Positions 14,013 through 28,666 are shown, counted from the stretch's first letter. The stretch is DNA of 64,000 nucleotides from Geosiphon pyriformis uo1 (GCA_016748015.1 JAAOMT010000512.1:124001-188000), one strand, 5' to 3'. Notes: generated from the letters alone by a model not told the origin. Program-made: numbers and translations.

Positions 14013-14653
14013 NNNNNNNNNNNNNNNNNNNNNNNNNNNNNNNNNNNNNNNNNNNNNNNNNNNNNNNNNNNNNNNNNNNNNNNNNNNNNNNNNNNNNNNN
14101 NNNNNNNNNNNNNNNNNNNNNNNNNNNNNNNNNNNNNNNNNNNNNNNNNNNNNNNNNNNNNNNNNNNNNNNNNNNNNNNNNNNNNNNNNNNNNNNNNNNN
14201 NNNNNNNNNNNNNNNNNNNNNNNNNNNNNNNNNNNNNNNNNNNNNNNNNNNNNNNNNNNNNNNNNNNNNNNNNNNNNNNNNNNNNNNNNNNNNNNNNNNN
14301 NNNNNNNNNNNNNNNNNNNNNNNNNNNNNNNNNNNNNNNNNNNNNNNNNNNNNNNNNNNNNNNNNNNNNNNNNNNNNNNNNNNNNNNNNNNNNNNNNNNN
14401 NNNNNNNNNNNNNNNNNNNNNNNNNNNNNNNNNNNNNNNNNNNNNNNNNNNNNNNNNNNNNNNNNNNNNNNNNNNNNNNNNNNNNNNNNNNNNNNNNNNN
14501 NNNNNNNNNNNNNNNNNNNNNNNNNNNNNNNNNNNNNNNNNNNNNNNNNNNNNNNNNNNNNNNNNNNNNNNNNNNNNNNNNNNNNNNNNNNNNNNNNNNN
14601 NNNNNNNNNNNNNNNNNNNNNNNNNNNNNNNNNNNNNNNNNNNNNNNNNNNNN
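14013..14653. other. Assembly gap (N run)
   Basis: Run of Ns following a poly-T tract. Confidence 1.
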
Positions 14654-14915
14654 TGACAACAAATATAAATTTATAAATAATTTGTACTACTAAAACATAA
14701 AAATTTGAATATCTGCTCAATGTCCCATATGACCATGATGAATAATAGGGAAATTTCGAGTATGGCTTTTCTTTTAGAAATTATCATCAGGGCCGGATCA
14801 ATTTCATCGTAGAAATTTTAATGTGTATGCGCTAAAATGACATCATAATAATTAGAGTTTTATTATTATTATTATTTTCTGATAGGGATGACCTCATGGT
14901 TTAAATGAAATAATT

Positions 14916-14918
14916 ATA

Positions 14919-15002
<84 letters not shown>
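14916..15002. repeat. (TAA)n microsatellite
   Basis: Read directly from the sequence. Confidence 0.95.
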
Positions 15003-15003
<1 letters not shown>

Positions 15004-15284
15004 ATGGTACGATTTTCATGAAATGCTGATTTGATTGTTACTAAAAATTTATTTTCCTCCCAAAAAGAAACTTTGTTGTTGTTGTTATATGTCATATCAC
15101 GTTTCCTTAATAATTGATGTTACGCTTGACGATTTGACTAGCACAAGCACACACACACACACACATTAAAAATTATTTTTTTAAAACCACTCAGAATATG
15201 GTTTGACAAATCATCCCCCAACATAACCATCATGTTTCATTTCGTAAAAATAGGGATGAAAATTATTGGGTATAACTAAAAAAC

Positions 15285-15286
<2 letters not shown>

Positions 15287-15377
<91 letters not shown>
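15287..15377. repeat. 91-nt poly(T) tract
   Basis: Read directly; the length may be imprecise in the assembly. Confidence 0.9.
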
Positions 15378-15378
<1 letters not shown>

Positions 15379-15583
15379 AGATTAAGTTTTATGTTTAAAT
15401 AGTAATACGAACATTAGATTCTCGGGATACAAAGAATACAAAATATTCGTCATATATTCAAAATTTCTAATTATATTTAGTGTTTCACTTCATTTCCTCT
15501 AGTTTCTTTTTTTCTTTTTTTTGATTGTTGGAAAAAAAGCTGTGAAACACAACATTTCACCATCAAACAATCTTTTCTTTTTT

Positions 15584-15620
<37 letters not shown>

Positions 15621-17112
15621 AACTAAAAGTTTTTAGAATCTTTATATATTTGGTTGTTAAAGTGAAGTTATTTTTTAATTTTAAATCAATATAAATTATT
15701 ATTATTATTTATTATTTATTATTTATTATTTATTATGATTATTATGGGTATCTCGTTAAAAATTTAGTATTCATTCCTTCCTTCGTTCTAATCTCAAGTT
15801 TTTTTTTGGCACTAATTAATGCCTTTGCGTCTGATACATTAGGATAATCATTTTCTTAAATTCTCACTTTTTGAAACATACAAATCGCATCAATCAAATG
15901 GTATGATCTCCCAAAAAGATCCAAAAAGTTCAGAATCATCTATCAAGAAAGGTAAAACAATAAAAAAAAAAATAAAAAAAAATATCATCACTTGCCTCGC
16001 CTGGTTCCCTTTTTGCTTCTCGTCACCGTTTTTTCGATCGCGCGTACCACTTTTTTATTTTCCAATATAAATCCTCATCATTCTCTCGTAAACAAAAAAT
16101 AATAATAATAATAAAAATACCCCAGATCTACACTTGGATAATCCCCCACCCCAATTATTTTTTCTTTCTTTCTTTCACACCCTTTTTCGAACCAAAAAAA
16201 AAAACTTGTACAAAAATAAAGTCACCCTTTTCTCACGGTTATCCAGATATAAATATTGCCGCTTCCGCAACAGCTCGTTACAGTTGGTCAACCGCTCCTC
16301 ACGATTTCGCTGTTCTCGAAGTTTTTTTCGTCTTGCGTTCTCGCTGGTCACCGGATTGATTTTTCTTTATAAAAAAATTAAATTAAAACCCAATAATCTT
16401 CATAATCGTTTCTGCCAATCGAAGAACGATTGATTGATAATACAAATAGTCCTTGTTTAATAATCACAAACTCAACCCCCTTAAAAACGAGGACCTTTAT
16501 CACCACCACCACTACCACCATCATCATCATCATCATCATCGTCATCATCATCATCACCACCACCTCGTCATCGCTTATTCAGCCATCAAAAATTATCCGG
16601 AACGTATCTATTTGGCCTTGTTTTCATAATTATTTCCGCTTGTGTTCATCCAGGCCCGAAAACAAAAAAACAGTACAAATAGACCTCTGTTCCTCACTCC
16701 GATTCCCTCAATTCAATCATCAATAACATCATCTTCATCATCATCATCATAAAAATCATCAACTAGTTTTTTCATTATTACTTATTCATAATAATTGGTG
16801 CCTTTTCGTCTCGAAGAGTCATAAAAAAAAAAACAACAACTAAACCTTCATGTTTTTGTCATTATAACATCATAATTTCTAGCATCATTAATCATATCAA
16901 CTTTTACACTTTTGTTCTTGCGCACATTTTTTATCGCATATATCATTTCGTTGCATAAATCAATTCATCTTGGGTACCACTCAAAAGAAGAAAAAATATT
17001 TTACCTTTTTTCTCGTAAAAATAAAAAGGCTGCCCTATTTCTCCTCCTTTCGTTTAATTAAGCAACATCCCCTTTTATTCCCATATTTTCCACGATAAAA
17101 TCGTAACCAAAA

Positions 17113-17392
17113 ATGAGCGTAGGCTTGTGTAGTTCACCAAACTTTGACGAATCATCCTATTTTGGCAATCTCCATTCTATGCCAGGTTCTTATATTCCAA
17201 CACCTGCTGCTGAGAGCACTCGCTCGCCAGGATACTTTGACCTTAACCCAAAGAGACCTTCCGGGACTTCTTCCCCTTTTTTTGAAAGCATGAAAACCCA
17301 ATCGTCTGGACCAACTCCTTTTTATGACTGCGAACAATTTCGACTGGGCACAGATACACCCGTCAATAACATTAATAATATTATTAATAATC

Positions 17393-17429
<37 letters not shown>

Positions 17430-18137
17430 GAATAATAACAGCAACACCAATACCTTTAATAACCCAAACACAATCAATAATCTTAGAAATAAATTTACCA
17501 ATACTCAATTACCCGCAACTCCCGGTTCCATGACACCCGGTTTCACATTGAAGCTTCCTTCTTCTTTCAAAGAAGGCATGGTAACTCCTAGCTGGGTAAC
17601 CAACGGTGTTATTCGTGCAACTCTACCCGGCAAAGCTCCAAGATCTGCTACCGTTAAACGTCCTTCGACACATAACTTGTCATCACTTGCGCTTTCAACA
17701 CAAGCCTTTGACGCCTACAGTGTTGAAAAGGTTGCCGAACTCATAAAAAGACAAAATTCTCAGTCACAAAAGCAAGAATCACTGATTCTATTACTAGATT
17801 TGAGGTCCTTTTCAAATTTTACTGCTGGTCGAATAAGGGGTGCATTGAACATTTGCATCCCGAGCACTCTTTTAAAACGTTGCTCATTTTCACCTGAAAA
17901 AATTTTGGACACCCTAGTCAGTGATTATGACAAGGATATCTTCAAAAATTGGGCTAACTTTGAAAACATTATATTGTACGATAACGATCTAAACGCAATG
18001 TCCGAGAATTGCTCCATTTTCCATGTGTGCAAGAAATTTAAAAAAGAAAATAGTAACGCAAAGATTGGATGGCTAAAAGGTATGTCATGTGCTTGAAATG
18101 GAAATCTTTGGTTTTTTTCCAAACTTTTGGATCCTAG

Positions 18138-18172
<35 letters not shown>

Positions 18173-19634
18173 TCTTTATGTTTAGGAGGTTTTCTTTCAT
18201 TCTCTGATAAATATCGGGAACTTTGTGAAGATGCATCAGTGGGTTTACTCAATCCTAATCCTCCAACCACTCTACCACGCCGTCGTACTGCGGATGAGAA
18301 ACGAAAGCCGGGACCATTCACCTGTCCAACTCCGATTATTGAAATATCTGGTGTAAATCCTTTCTTCTCAAACATTCGACAAAATTATGAATTGAGTGTG
18401 GGTATCACCGAGACAATACCAATACGTATACCTGAAGGAATTAAAATTGATCGCTCAAAGTTACCAGCATTCATGGATAACTTGGTTTACTCGGAAGGTG
18501 GACGTGGAAAGTTGGCAAGAAACTTTCATGTATGTATGCTCTACAAGATTGATGTTGTTGCAAAAAAAAAAAAAAAAAAAATTTTTTTCTCTAGTTTGAA
18601 ACCAGATATTAATATTTTTATTTGATTTCTTACCGAATAGGATATTGAGCTCACTGAACAAAGACGGCTACAATCACTAATGCTTCATAATTCAAATCAA
18701 GCCACTGCTGATTGTCCTTTCAGTATATCTGCCGGCATGGAAAAGGGTGCAAAAAATCGATACAATAACATCTGGCCATATGATCATGCACGTGTCAAGT
18801 TGGATCACCCTGTAGAAGGTGGTTGTGATTACGTTAACGCGAGTTATGTCCAAGCAAAAGGTTGTGAAACGCGATACATTGCGACTCAAGGTCCCTTGCC
18901 AGCGACTTACAATGATTTTTGGCGTGTCATCTGGGAACAAGATTCGCGTGTAATTGTGATGTTGACCAAGGAAGAAGAGGCAGGCAGGGTACGCAGTCAG
19001 ATATTGAATTTTTATTTTCATAAAGTTTAGTCGCTTCAAAGGATCTGAAATTAAATTTATTATTTTTTACTTTCAGATTCAATGCCACCGATATTGGGCT
19101 GAATGCACAAAAAAACCATGTGTTTATGGAAACCTGAGCTGTCTTTTATTATCAGAAACCACACCATGTTTCACTCCGGATGGTTTACCCGACAAAACCA
19201 TAATCATTCGCAAATTCCTTCTCACAAACACCCAAACACCTTTCGCCTTACCTCGAGAAATTTCACAAATTCATTTCCTTGGTTGGCCTGATTTTGGCAT
19301 TCCTGAATCACCATTCCCAATCCTCAAACTGATTGACATAGCAAACGAGACTCAATCTCGTGCTATTCAAACATCCGAATCAAAATCTATCGGGCCAATG
19401 ATTGTTCACTGTTCAGCCGGGTGTGGTCGTACTGGAGCCTTTTGCACGATTGATTCCGTTCTTAGATTAATTGAAAACGGGAGAACTAAGGGTCAAGTTC
19501 TCAATCCTAGCAAAGACATCATCAAATCAACCATTGAGAGTTTCCGAGAACAACGACTGAGTATGGTTCAATCCTTAAGACAATATGTCTTTTGTTATGA
19601 AGCCGTCTTATGGAAGCTCGTCGGTGCGGCATAG
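17113..19634 (+). CDS. Protein tyrosine phosphatase with N-terminal rhodanese domain (Ptp2/Ptp3/Pyp1-like MAPK phosphatase), 4 exons, ~738 aa
   Basis: Exons 17113-18079, 18186-18529, 18641-18988 and 19077-19634 join in frame via GT-AG introns. Rhodanese motifs: LLDLRS...GRIRGALNI...WLKGGF. PTP motifs: KNRYNNI, DYVNAS, YIATQGP, DFWRVIWEQ, WPDFG, HCSAGCGRTG, QRLSMVQ. Confidence 0.95.
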
Positions 19635-19730
19635 ATGAAATGATAATCATTGTACTTAAAAATCGATAATATTAGATGAGGGCGAAAAAAATTTCACCAC
19701 AAATTTCAAAGAAAATGTCGCATGAAATGC

Positions 19731-19764
<34 letters not shown>

Positions 19765-21399
19765 CCTTTGAAAATGTGCGTCAGTTTGTGTAATATATAT
19801 CTCGATGATAGTATAGTTGTTGCTGCTCTACTTTCATCGCATTCCCTTGTTAAGATAATTCGCCCTGATAAATTTCCTAAAATACACTATCCATGCGTGC
19901 TTGCACGCACATGTGTACTTAATTTAGAAACTTTTTCATATACATAAAAAACTTTTTTTTTTCTGTGCGTGTCTTTTCCCTTTTTTAAAAAACAACTTCG
20001 CTTGAAGATAGACAATTAACTTGTCTTGTTCACTATCCATTATGTCTCAACCTTTTCGTCAAAAACTTGATTTGTAGCCTATTATTTCGACTTTAAAAGC
20101 ATTAATCGAAAACCATAATTTTTATCGCTAAGGATTTATCATCACTTTTATTCCAAATCAAGACCCCTTTGACACAAAGTTAAGCTTAAAATGAACACTT
20201 TAATTTTTATGAAAAATAATACTTGCTTATGGGTGATTATTTCTGAAAATTTATTGTAATTAGTCAAAATTATTCCAACCTTTTAAAAGTTATCACCTAT
20301 TTATCGATTAGTGTTTATATTATTATTATTATTATTATAATTATTAAAAATACGTTTTTCTTACCTGCAAAAATTTCCCCGAAAGAAAAAAAAGACACGT
20401 TATATCTTTCTTGTAAATAATTTTTTGTTTGTCTTTTCATTTCGTTTCGTTTCGTTTAATCTGTATGATTATTGAATAAAATAATACATGGATTTCCATG
20501 CTACAAAAAAGGACAAAATAATTGAATGTCCAAAATTAAAATCAACTAAACAAAAGCCACCAAGGGTAAAATTGACATACTTGACTTTTTCATATTCGCA
20601 AAAATTGGTTTCATATATTATGCCTGCCCCATTGGTCCAACACAATATTTCAACATATTGACAGGGTCAGAGAGCGAAAGGTTAATCTCAATATTGTGAA
20701 TTGTTTATTATTTTATTGGAACTATTGCTTGTTTTGGCCCATGGAAATCTTGGGTATATAAAACTCATTAAGCTACACACAAAAGAAAGATACTAAAGAA
20801 CAAAAACTACTTAGATATGAAACCAATTATTAACAAGAATATATCCCAGCGTCAAATTGTAGACTGCCTATTGAATTTGAAAGATCTTCAAAAATGATAG
20901 CTGATCAGAAAATTCGAATAAAAGAATTAATTGGGTTGGAACCAATTACGTTGAATGTCCAAGTAGCTCAAAAATTTTCAGACACAAAAGAAAATTTTGT
21001 CATCTTCCAGTCAAAGAGTAAAAACCTGAGTTTAAAACATTTACATTTCAATAAATTGTAACTTATTTTAGTCTAAAAAAAACTATTTTTTCGTCATACT
21101 CTTTGAAGATCATCATTGAAAAGACAAAATCTTGACTCATCACTCCAAATAATTTTCATCCCACCAACTGAATCGATTTTGTTGATTTATATTAGTTAAA
21201 TGAGGTTTTCGTGCTGCAATATGTGAAAAAAACCAGAGTTTATGTAATGGCGAGAGGGAGGGGGGTTTTTTTGATATTTTTAATAATTCTTGTTGTATTT
21301 CAATAAGAGTAATATAGAAATCATTTTTTTTAAATTCTTAATAGTATTTTTATTAAAAGAAAAAAGGTAACCATTTTGAGATAAACTTTGAATGTTTTC

Positions 21400-23900
21400 A
21401 TTAATCTTAAAACAATTAATGATATCTTTTTCTTACTTTTTGTTTTGTATTAATTTTAAATTTAAACAAACAATATTTTTTTATTTTAATTAATTAATTA
21501 ATTAAGTTAATTAGAGCAATATTTTTTTTTATATATTTATAAAACAAATTATTATATTAATACATATTTTATAATATTTTTAAATTAATTTATTATTTAA
21601 AACCAAAAATATATTAAACATAAAACATATATATATTAAATTTATTTAAGATTTATATTAATTGTTAATTTTTATTAATAATAATCTTTAGTTTTATTTA
21701 ATATTCATGATTTAAATAATTTTTTAATAGTTTATTCAAGTTTACATAATGCTTAATCAAACAATTTTAATGTATTTACTAATATATTTGTAAAAAATTC
21801 TAATTTATTTAATATTATTAATAGTGTTTTAACTTATTTTAAAGACTTGGATTTAAATATAAGCATTAAAATAAATAATATGCTTTCTTTAATAATAATT
21901 AATATTATTAATTTAATTTTTAAATATTTTTTTTTCTAGTTATATAATTATAAATCTAAATAATTAAATAACTTTAAATACATATATTGCTAAATTAATT
22001 TTAATATTATAATAATGTTAAAAGTATAATACTTTTAATACAACATATTATTACAATATTAAAAATAAAATATTTTTATGTAAAAAATTACAATATATAT
22101 TATAAAAATTAATATTAAAATCATGTAAAAAAAAACTATAATTAAATTATAACACAATTTAATTAAAAATTTAAATTAAATACAAAAAAATCTTAACAAA
22201 CTAAAAAACATTAATAAAAATTAATAATTAATATATGTAATCTAATAATAATAGGCTTTATTAAGCTTTAAAATTTTTATATACAATTATTTAATCAATT
22301 TAATGTTTCAAATTTGTGATTATTATTTAAAAATAGTTATTGAAAATATAATCAATTAATCTGTTTTTAATTATATTAATTATAATTAATATTTTAAATT
22401 TAATTATTTAAATTATTAGTTTTTGAAAAAATAATATACTAAGTAAGCTTAAAACTAAATTAATTTAATATATATAAATAATTAATATAATTAAAATAAT
22501 ACTAATATAATATGTAAATTTTAAATAATTTAATTATATATATAATTTTATATTAAGCTAACTTTTTATTATAAATAATAAATTTTTTTTTTCTATATAT
22601 AAATTTTTTTTTATATTTTTATATATATACTTATTTTGTTATAAACAATTAACTTTAATTATATTATTTTTTACTATGTTATAAAAAAAATGCTATTATA
22701 ATTTTATTCAAGTAATATAACCAAATATTTTATAAGAACATATTAATTAAATATATTTTTTTTATTACTGTTTAACAAGTGAGGCCCAAATGTAAATATT
22801 TAAATAATATTATTTTTAATTTATATTTATTATTTTAGAATTTTTTAATGATATTTTTTATGTTTATTTTTAAATTAAGTATTTAAAAACCATATTTTTT
22901 TAATAGTTAATTGAAAATTTTGGTTTAATTTTAATATAATAATTTTAATTTTTTTGATAATTTAATTTGTTTTTGTGTTTTTAATAAGAATTAATTATTT
23001 TTTAAAAAATATACTTAAGTTGATTTTTGTCTAAAAACAAATAATAATAACTTTTTTATAAATTTATGTTTTTTTTCTTGTATATTATAAAATAAATTTA
23101 TATAATTATATTTATACTATAGTTAAGACAATAATAATATATAATATATATATTAATTAATATTTAATAAAAAATACTTAAATTCATAATTTTTATTTAA
23201 TAATAATAATATTAAATTTTAAAAACAATTATTAATTAAAAAAAACATATAATAAATATTATCAAAAAAAATTATTAATTATTTGATTAAAAATTAAGGA
23301 ATATTTTAGTATTTTTAATAATAATTAGATTAATAATATTATTAAACATATTTGTTTTTTATTTTTAAAGTTTTTTTATAATTAACAATATAATAATATT
23401 TAAAAATACTTATTATTTTGTTTAAAACACATATAATACTATTTATTAGACTTATTAAAAAATTAAATTTGATATTAATATGTTAATTAATAATATTATT
23501 AAAAATATTAATTGATTATATACTTTATTTATTTAGAATTTTAATATACATATAACTTTAAAATTTATAAATAAGTTTTTAACTAGTTTATATATTTATA
23601 TTATAAAAATAATACATAAAAAATTATTTGTTATAATTAAAAAATACTTATATAATAAGTTTTACTCATATATTAATGTATTTATGTATAAATTAAACAA
23701 AATTATTAAAAATAAGTTTTTAAATTCTTATATTGTTTATTAAAAGTTTATAATCAGTATATGTTTTTGTTATTTTTATTCTTTTTTTATGTTTATTTAA
23801 TAGTATTTATATTTTATTTTAGACAAAAAATTTATTTTAAAAAATATTAGATTTATTATATTAAAAAAAATTGTTTATATAATAATAAATTTAAAAATTT
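21400..23900. mobile_element. Block of nearly G/C-free TE relics (LINE RNase H relic at ~21750-21930 +; LINE 3'-tail fragment at ~22774-22792 -)
   Basis: Degraded VFTN.FVK...YFKDLDL.I.I resembles the RNase H at 3603-3947. aacaagtgaggcccaaatgt is, with two mismatches, the reverse complement of the tail at ~566-585. Confidence 0.5.
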
Positions 23901-23921
23901 AACAACTTTAATTATTAATAA

Positions 23922-26090
23922 GTCTTCTTAATTTTATGATTATAATTAAAGCAAAGAGTAAAAAAGTTGTAATTAGTACTTTTTTTTGGTATCTCATAAA
24001 GTTTCAACCAAAAAGATTTTTTTTGTTATAAAAACAGCTAAACAAAATGTTTTAGAAGTTTTTTTTTATTTAGTAATTATAAAAAGCTATTTTTGGTAGC
24101 TACTAAAACATTTTTCTTATTTTTGACTGGTTTTTTACTAGTTAAATTTTCTTAAAGAGACACACTTAAATTAGTCTTAGTGTTATCTCTACTTTTTTAA
24201 AGAGCCCAAAAATTTTTATTAACAGACTAGTTAATAAGCTGGTTTTTTTTCTATAATTTTACATCAGATGCTGTTAACACTTTTTTTTCAAAAAAAATAG
24301 TTAAAAAGACCAAAAATTCAAAAAATAAAAACAATTATTTGCCTTTATTATTGTTATACCAAACACTTTTATGGTTCTTAATAAGATTCTAAATAAGATT
24401 TTTATTGTATTATCTGATATATTATCTAAGATAAACCAAGATTAACCATTAATTATATTGCTAAATGTGATTTTCTTTGACAAATTATTGCCAGTTTTAG
24501 AAGCAAAGCAACCATCTTCTGTAGAGTTATCTGTTTTTGAAAACTGAACTAACTAGATAGAAACTGAATTATTTTCTTTACTGGTTTTTGATACTGCTAT
24601 TAGTAATGCTTAGAAAACTAGTCTTTATTCTAATGCTTGGTGCTACTTTTAAGATTAAATTAACTTATGTTAAGATTGTTTTCTAGTCTGTATATGGTTT
24701 TTTAAATGTAAAATTAGTGTTAAAAAACAATATAAAGCTTTTTTATATGGAGTTTGCTTTTTAAGAATCTTTAAAAACTGCTTTTTTAGTTGAATTTACA
24801 AGCTCTGTTTGTTTAGTCACTCTTAAAATTGTTAAATTTTTGGTAATTTTTAAGTCTGATTTTTTTTTTGCTGTTGTTATACTGCATAATATGTCTTTAA
24901 ATATGTTTGCTATTAATATTAAGATAGCTTTTAGTGTGTTTGGAGAAGTTGTTTGTATAGTACTGAAGTTTGCTAATATTTGGCAATATTTGATTGTTTA
25001 TTTTGAAAAACTAAATATTATTATGTTTGTCTTAAATCTTGATCAGTTTTAGTGAATAAAAATAGTATTAGGATTTTTTTTTGATAAATCAAAATAAGAT
25101 TATTATATCTTATGATAAGTTTAAAACCAAGTTGGTTAACCTTTCTTCTGGCTGTACTGCCTTTAAAATCAGTAATATGTTTTCTTAAGTTAATAATTGG
25201 ATGTGTTTTATTTTTTATTTTTCTGATTTTAGTTATCATTTTTAGTTTGCTCTGGTTATGTTTAAATCTCAAGTAGATTTGAATACTGCTGTAAGCAAAA
25301 CTAGTATGCTAAAAAAGTACTATATTTAATAAAAAACTCCTAATTGTTAGTATTGTTTTAGGTATTAGGAAATAGACCATTTGGCTGTAAATTATAAGAT
25401 GTTTTTATCTTTCTCTTTCAAGACTCTCAAGATATTTACACCATATTTTGTAAGCTCTAAGTTTTATGTTAAAGCTTTTACTTCTTTGAGTTTCTCTGAG
25501 TTTCTACTTTTGACAACTCTTGTCTTTTTTTTTGCTATTATTGATAATTTTTTGGTGCTGTTTTGGTTGTTTTTTTTGGAATTTGATCTGACCAAACTTT
25601 TTGCATTAATTAAATCAATTATTAAGCCTGTTGGCTCTTTAGTTATTATGTTTAAACAGTTTATTAATAGTAATTTGATTTCAAATAGTGTTTTTAGTCT
25701 TAAGATTAATGAGTTTATGATTTATCTGAATTTTTTTTAGCAAAGTTGTTAATAATTTGAAGAAAAAAGTGGTTTCATTAAAAAAAAAGTGCTATATAGA
25801 TAATGTTAACATATTTGGTAATTCAGATTCTTCGGTTGGTATTAATAATAATACATTTTCTAATTTAATGTCTCTTTGAATACATAAATTTAATAGTATT
25901 AAAACTAATCTCTTAAAGACAACTGAATGGCTGATTGAATTAATTTTTTGTAATATTAAATTATTTGATGTAGTTTAAAAAATATCAGTTTTGGATAAGT
26001 TTACTTTTATTATAATATAGTTTAAACTGGCTCAAGTAGCTGGTTATATGTAGAAAACACATAAACTATATTTAATTTAGAATACTAAAT
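23922..26090 (+). mobile_element. ORF1-only non-autonomous retroposon, copy 1 (pseudogenised; 3' tail truncated)
   Basis: ATG at 23936. Colinear with 26412-28530 along its length (FKIKL..VK.VF.SV.GFL; RRM-like segments; degraded knuckle; coiled coil). Ends in a partial LINE-type tail at ~26020-26087. Confidence 0.8.
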
Positions 26091-26382
26091 ATTAATTGTA
26101 TTTTTTAGTAAATATTTATTTAATATATTTTATAAAATTAACAATTATACAAATTAAAAAAAATAGTAAAAAAAATAAATTTAAAAAAACAAATTAAAAA
26201 AATAAAAATAAATAAATAATATTATTGTATTAATTTTTGTTTAAGTAATTTTTATTTGTTTAAAAAATGTTTTTTTACAGTTTTAAAAAGTTTTATTTAT
26301 AAATTATTAATCAAGTCAATAATTATATTAATAAATAATTTTAAAAATAAAATAAATAATATTAATATTAATAATTAACACA

Positions 26383-28666
26383 AAAAAAAAACTCTTTGTC
26401 TTCTTAATTTTATGATTACAACTAAAGCAAAAAGTAAAAAAACTGCAACTGTTATTTTTTCTATAATAACTAATAAAGTTTCAATACAAAAAGGTCTCTC
26501 TATTATTGAAGCAGTTAAACATAATGTCTTGGCTATATTTTCTTTGGATATTAATAGTAAAAAACTGTTTTTGGTAGCCACTGAAACATCATCTTTATTT
26601 TTGGCTGGTTTTTTACCAGTTAAAGTTCTCTTAAAAAACATATTTGAATTAGTCTTAGTGTTATCTTTATCTTTTTCAAAAGCCCAAAAGTTTTTAATAG
26701 CAGACTAGTTAACAAGCTAGTCTTTTTTATTATAGCTTCTATACTTGGTGCTACTAGCACCACTTTTTTAAACAAAATAGTTAGAAAGACCAAAGTTTCA
26801 AAAAAGTGGAAGCAATTACTTGTTTCTACTATTATTACACTGAATTACTTTTTGGTTCCAACTAAGATTTTAGGTGAGATTTCTACTGTATTATCTGGTA
26901 TATTATCTAAGATAAGCCAAAATTAACCACTAGCTGTGTTGTCAAATATGGTGCTTGCTGGCAGATCTTTCTTAGTTCTAGAAGCAAAGTAATCATCTCC
27001 TATTGGGTTATTTGTTTTTGGGAACTGGGCTGATTAAATGGAAACTGAATCATTTTTTCTGGTTTTTGGTATTGTTATTGGTGATACTTGAGAAATTATT
27101 ACTAATTATTAAAGATTTACTGAATAGATGGCCTCTACTCTAGTATTTGATAATACTTTTAAGATTAAATTGGCTTATATTAAGGCTGTTTTTCAGTCTG
27201 TACATGGTTTTTTGGGTGCAAAGTCAGTGTCTAAAGACAATATAAAGCTTTTTTATATAGAGTTTGCTTTTCAAAGTTTTTTGAATACTGTATTTCTGAT
27301 TGAACTTACAAGCTTTGTTTGTCTTGCCACTCTTAAAATTACCAAATCTTTGGTGATTTCTGAGTCTGATTTTTTTCCTACTGTTGTTACACAGTATAAT
27401 GTACTTTTAGGTGTGTTTGCTACCAATATTAAGTCGGTTTTTAGTGTTTTTGGTAAAGTTTTTCATATTGTACTAAAGCCTATTAATATTTGACAATATA
27501 TAATTGTTTACTTTAATGAATTAAATGCTGCTGTATTTGCTTTTAATTATTAGTTAATATTAGTGGACAAAAATAGTGTTTGGATTTTTTTCTTTATAAA
27601 TCAAAAAGAAACCATTCTGTTTTATGATAAATTTAAGGCCAAATTGATCAACTTTTCTTTTGACTGTACTGCTTTTGAGATCAGTAATATGATTTCTAAA
27701 GTTGGTAGTCAAACTTGTTTTATTTCTTATTTGCCTAATTCTGGTTGTTGTTTTTAGTTTGCTCTGGTTATATTTGGCTCTTAAATTGATTTGAATTCTG
27801 CAATTGTCAAAACTAGTATGCTAAAAAGGTGCTGTATTTGGTAGAAAACTTTTAGTTATTAGTGCTGTTTTAGATATTAAGAAATAAGCCATTTGGCTGC
27901 AAACTGTACAGTTTTTTTATCTCTTTCTTCTATGGCTCTCAAGATATTCAAATCATGTTTTGTGAGTAATGTTTCTTATGTTAAGACTTTTGCTTATCCT
28001 AATCCTTCTGAGTTTTTTTATTTGACAGCTTCTGCTTTTTCTTTTGTGGTTATTAATAATCCTCTGTTTTTTTCTTGGCTGGTGTCTTTGGAATCTGATT
28101 TGGTTAAGTTATTAGCTTTAATTGAATTAATTATTAAATCTGTTGGTGTATTGGTTATTGTATTTGAATATTTCATTAAGAATAATCTCATCCCAAACAG
28201 TATTCTTAGTTTAAAGATTAATAAGCTTATGGTTCAACTGATTTTTTTTAGCAAAATAATTGATAAGTTAAAAAAAAAAGTGGTTTCTTTGAAAAAAAAG
28301 TGCTGCATAAATAATGTTAATATGTTTGGTGATTTAAAATATTCAATTGGCATAGATAATAATGTGTTTTCTAATTTGATGTCTTTTTGGGCACATAAGT
28401 CTGTTAGTATTAAATTTAAACTTTTAAAGACAGCCAAATGGCTGGTTAAATTGGTTCTTTGTAGTATTATTTTATTTAATATTATTTAAAAAATATTGTC
28501 TTTAGATAAGTTTTCTTCTGTTGTATTAACTTAGCATAATTTGAATTGGCTTGAGTAACTGGTTATATATAAAAAGCATGTGAATTATATTTAATACTAG
28601 AATACTTAGTTTGTTTCTAATTTCTAAATAGTAATTAAGTCTTGCTCATTAAATTTAATAAAAAAA
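26383..28666 (+). mobile_element. ORF1-only non-autonomous retroposon, copy 2 (RRM-like + CCHC + coiled coil; poly-A; TSD)
   Basis: ATG at 26412; one degraded reading frame runs to ~28530 with no endonuclease or RT. LINE-type 3' tail and A run. AATTAA(C/T)ACA at 26373-26382 and 28667-28676. Confidence 0.85.

Noticed and set aside
9149-16726. ORFs rich in poly-I/V/T/Y/M and ORFs spanning the N run
   Set aside because: These are translations of microsatellites or the assembly gap.
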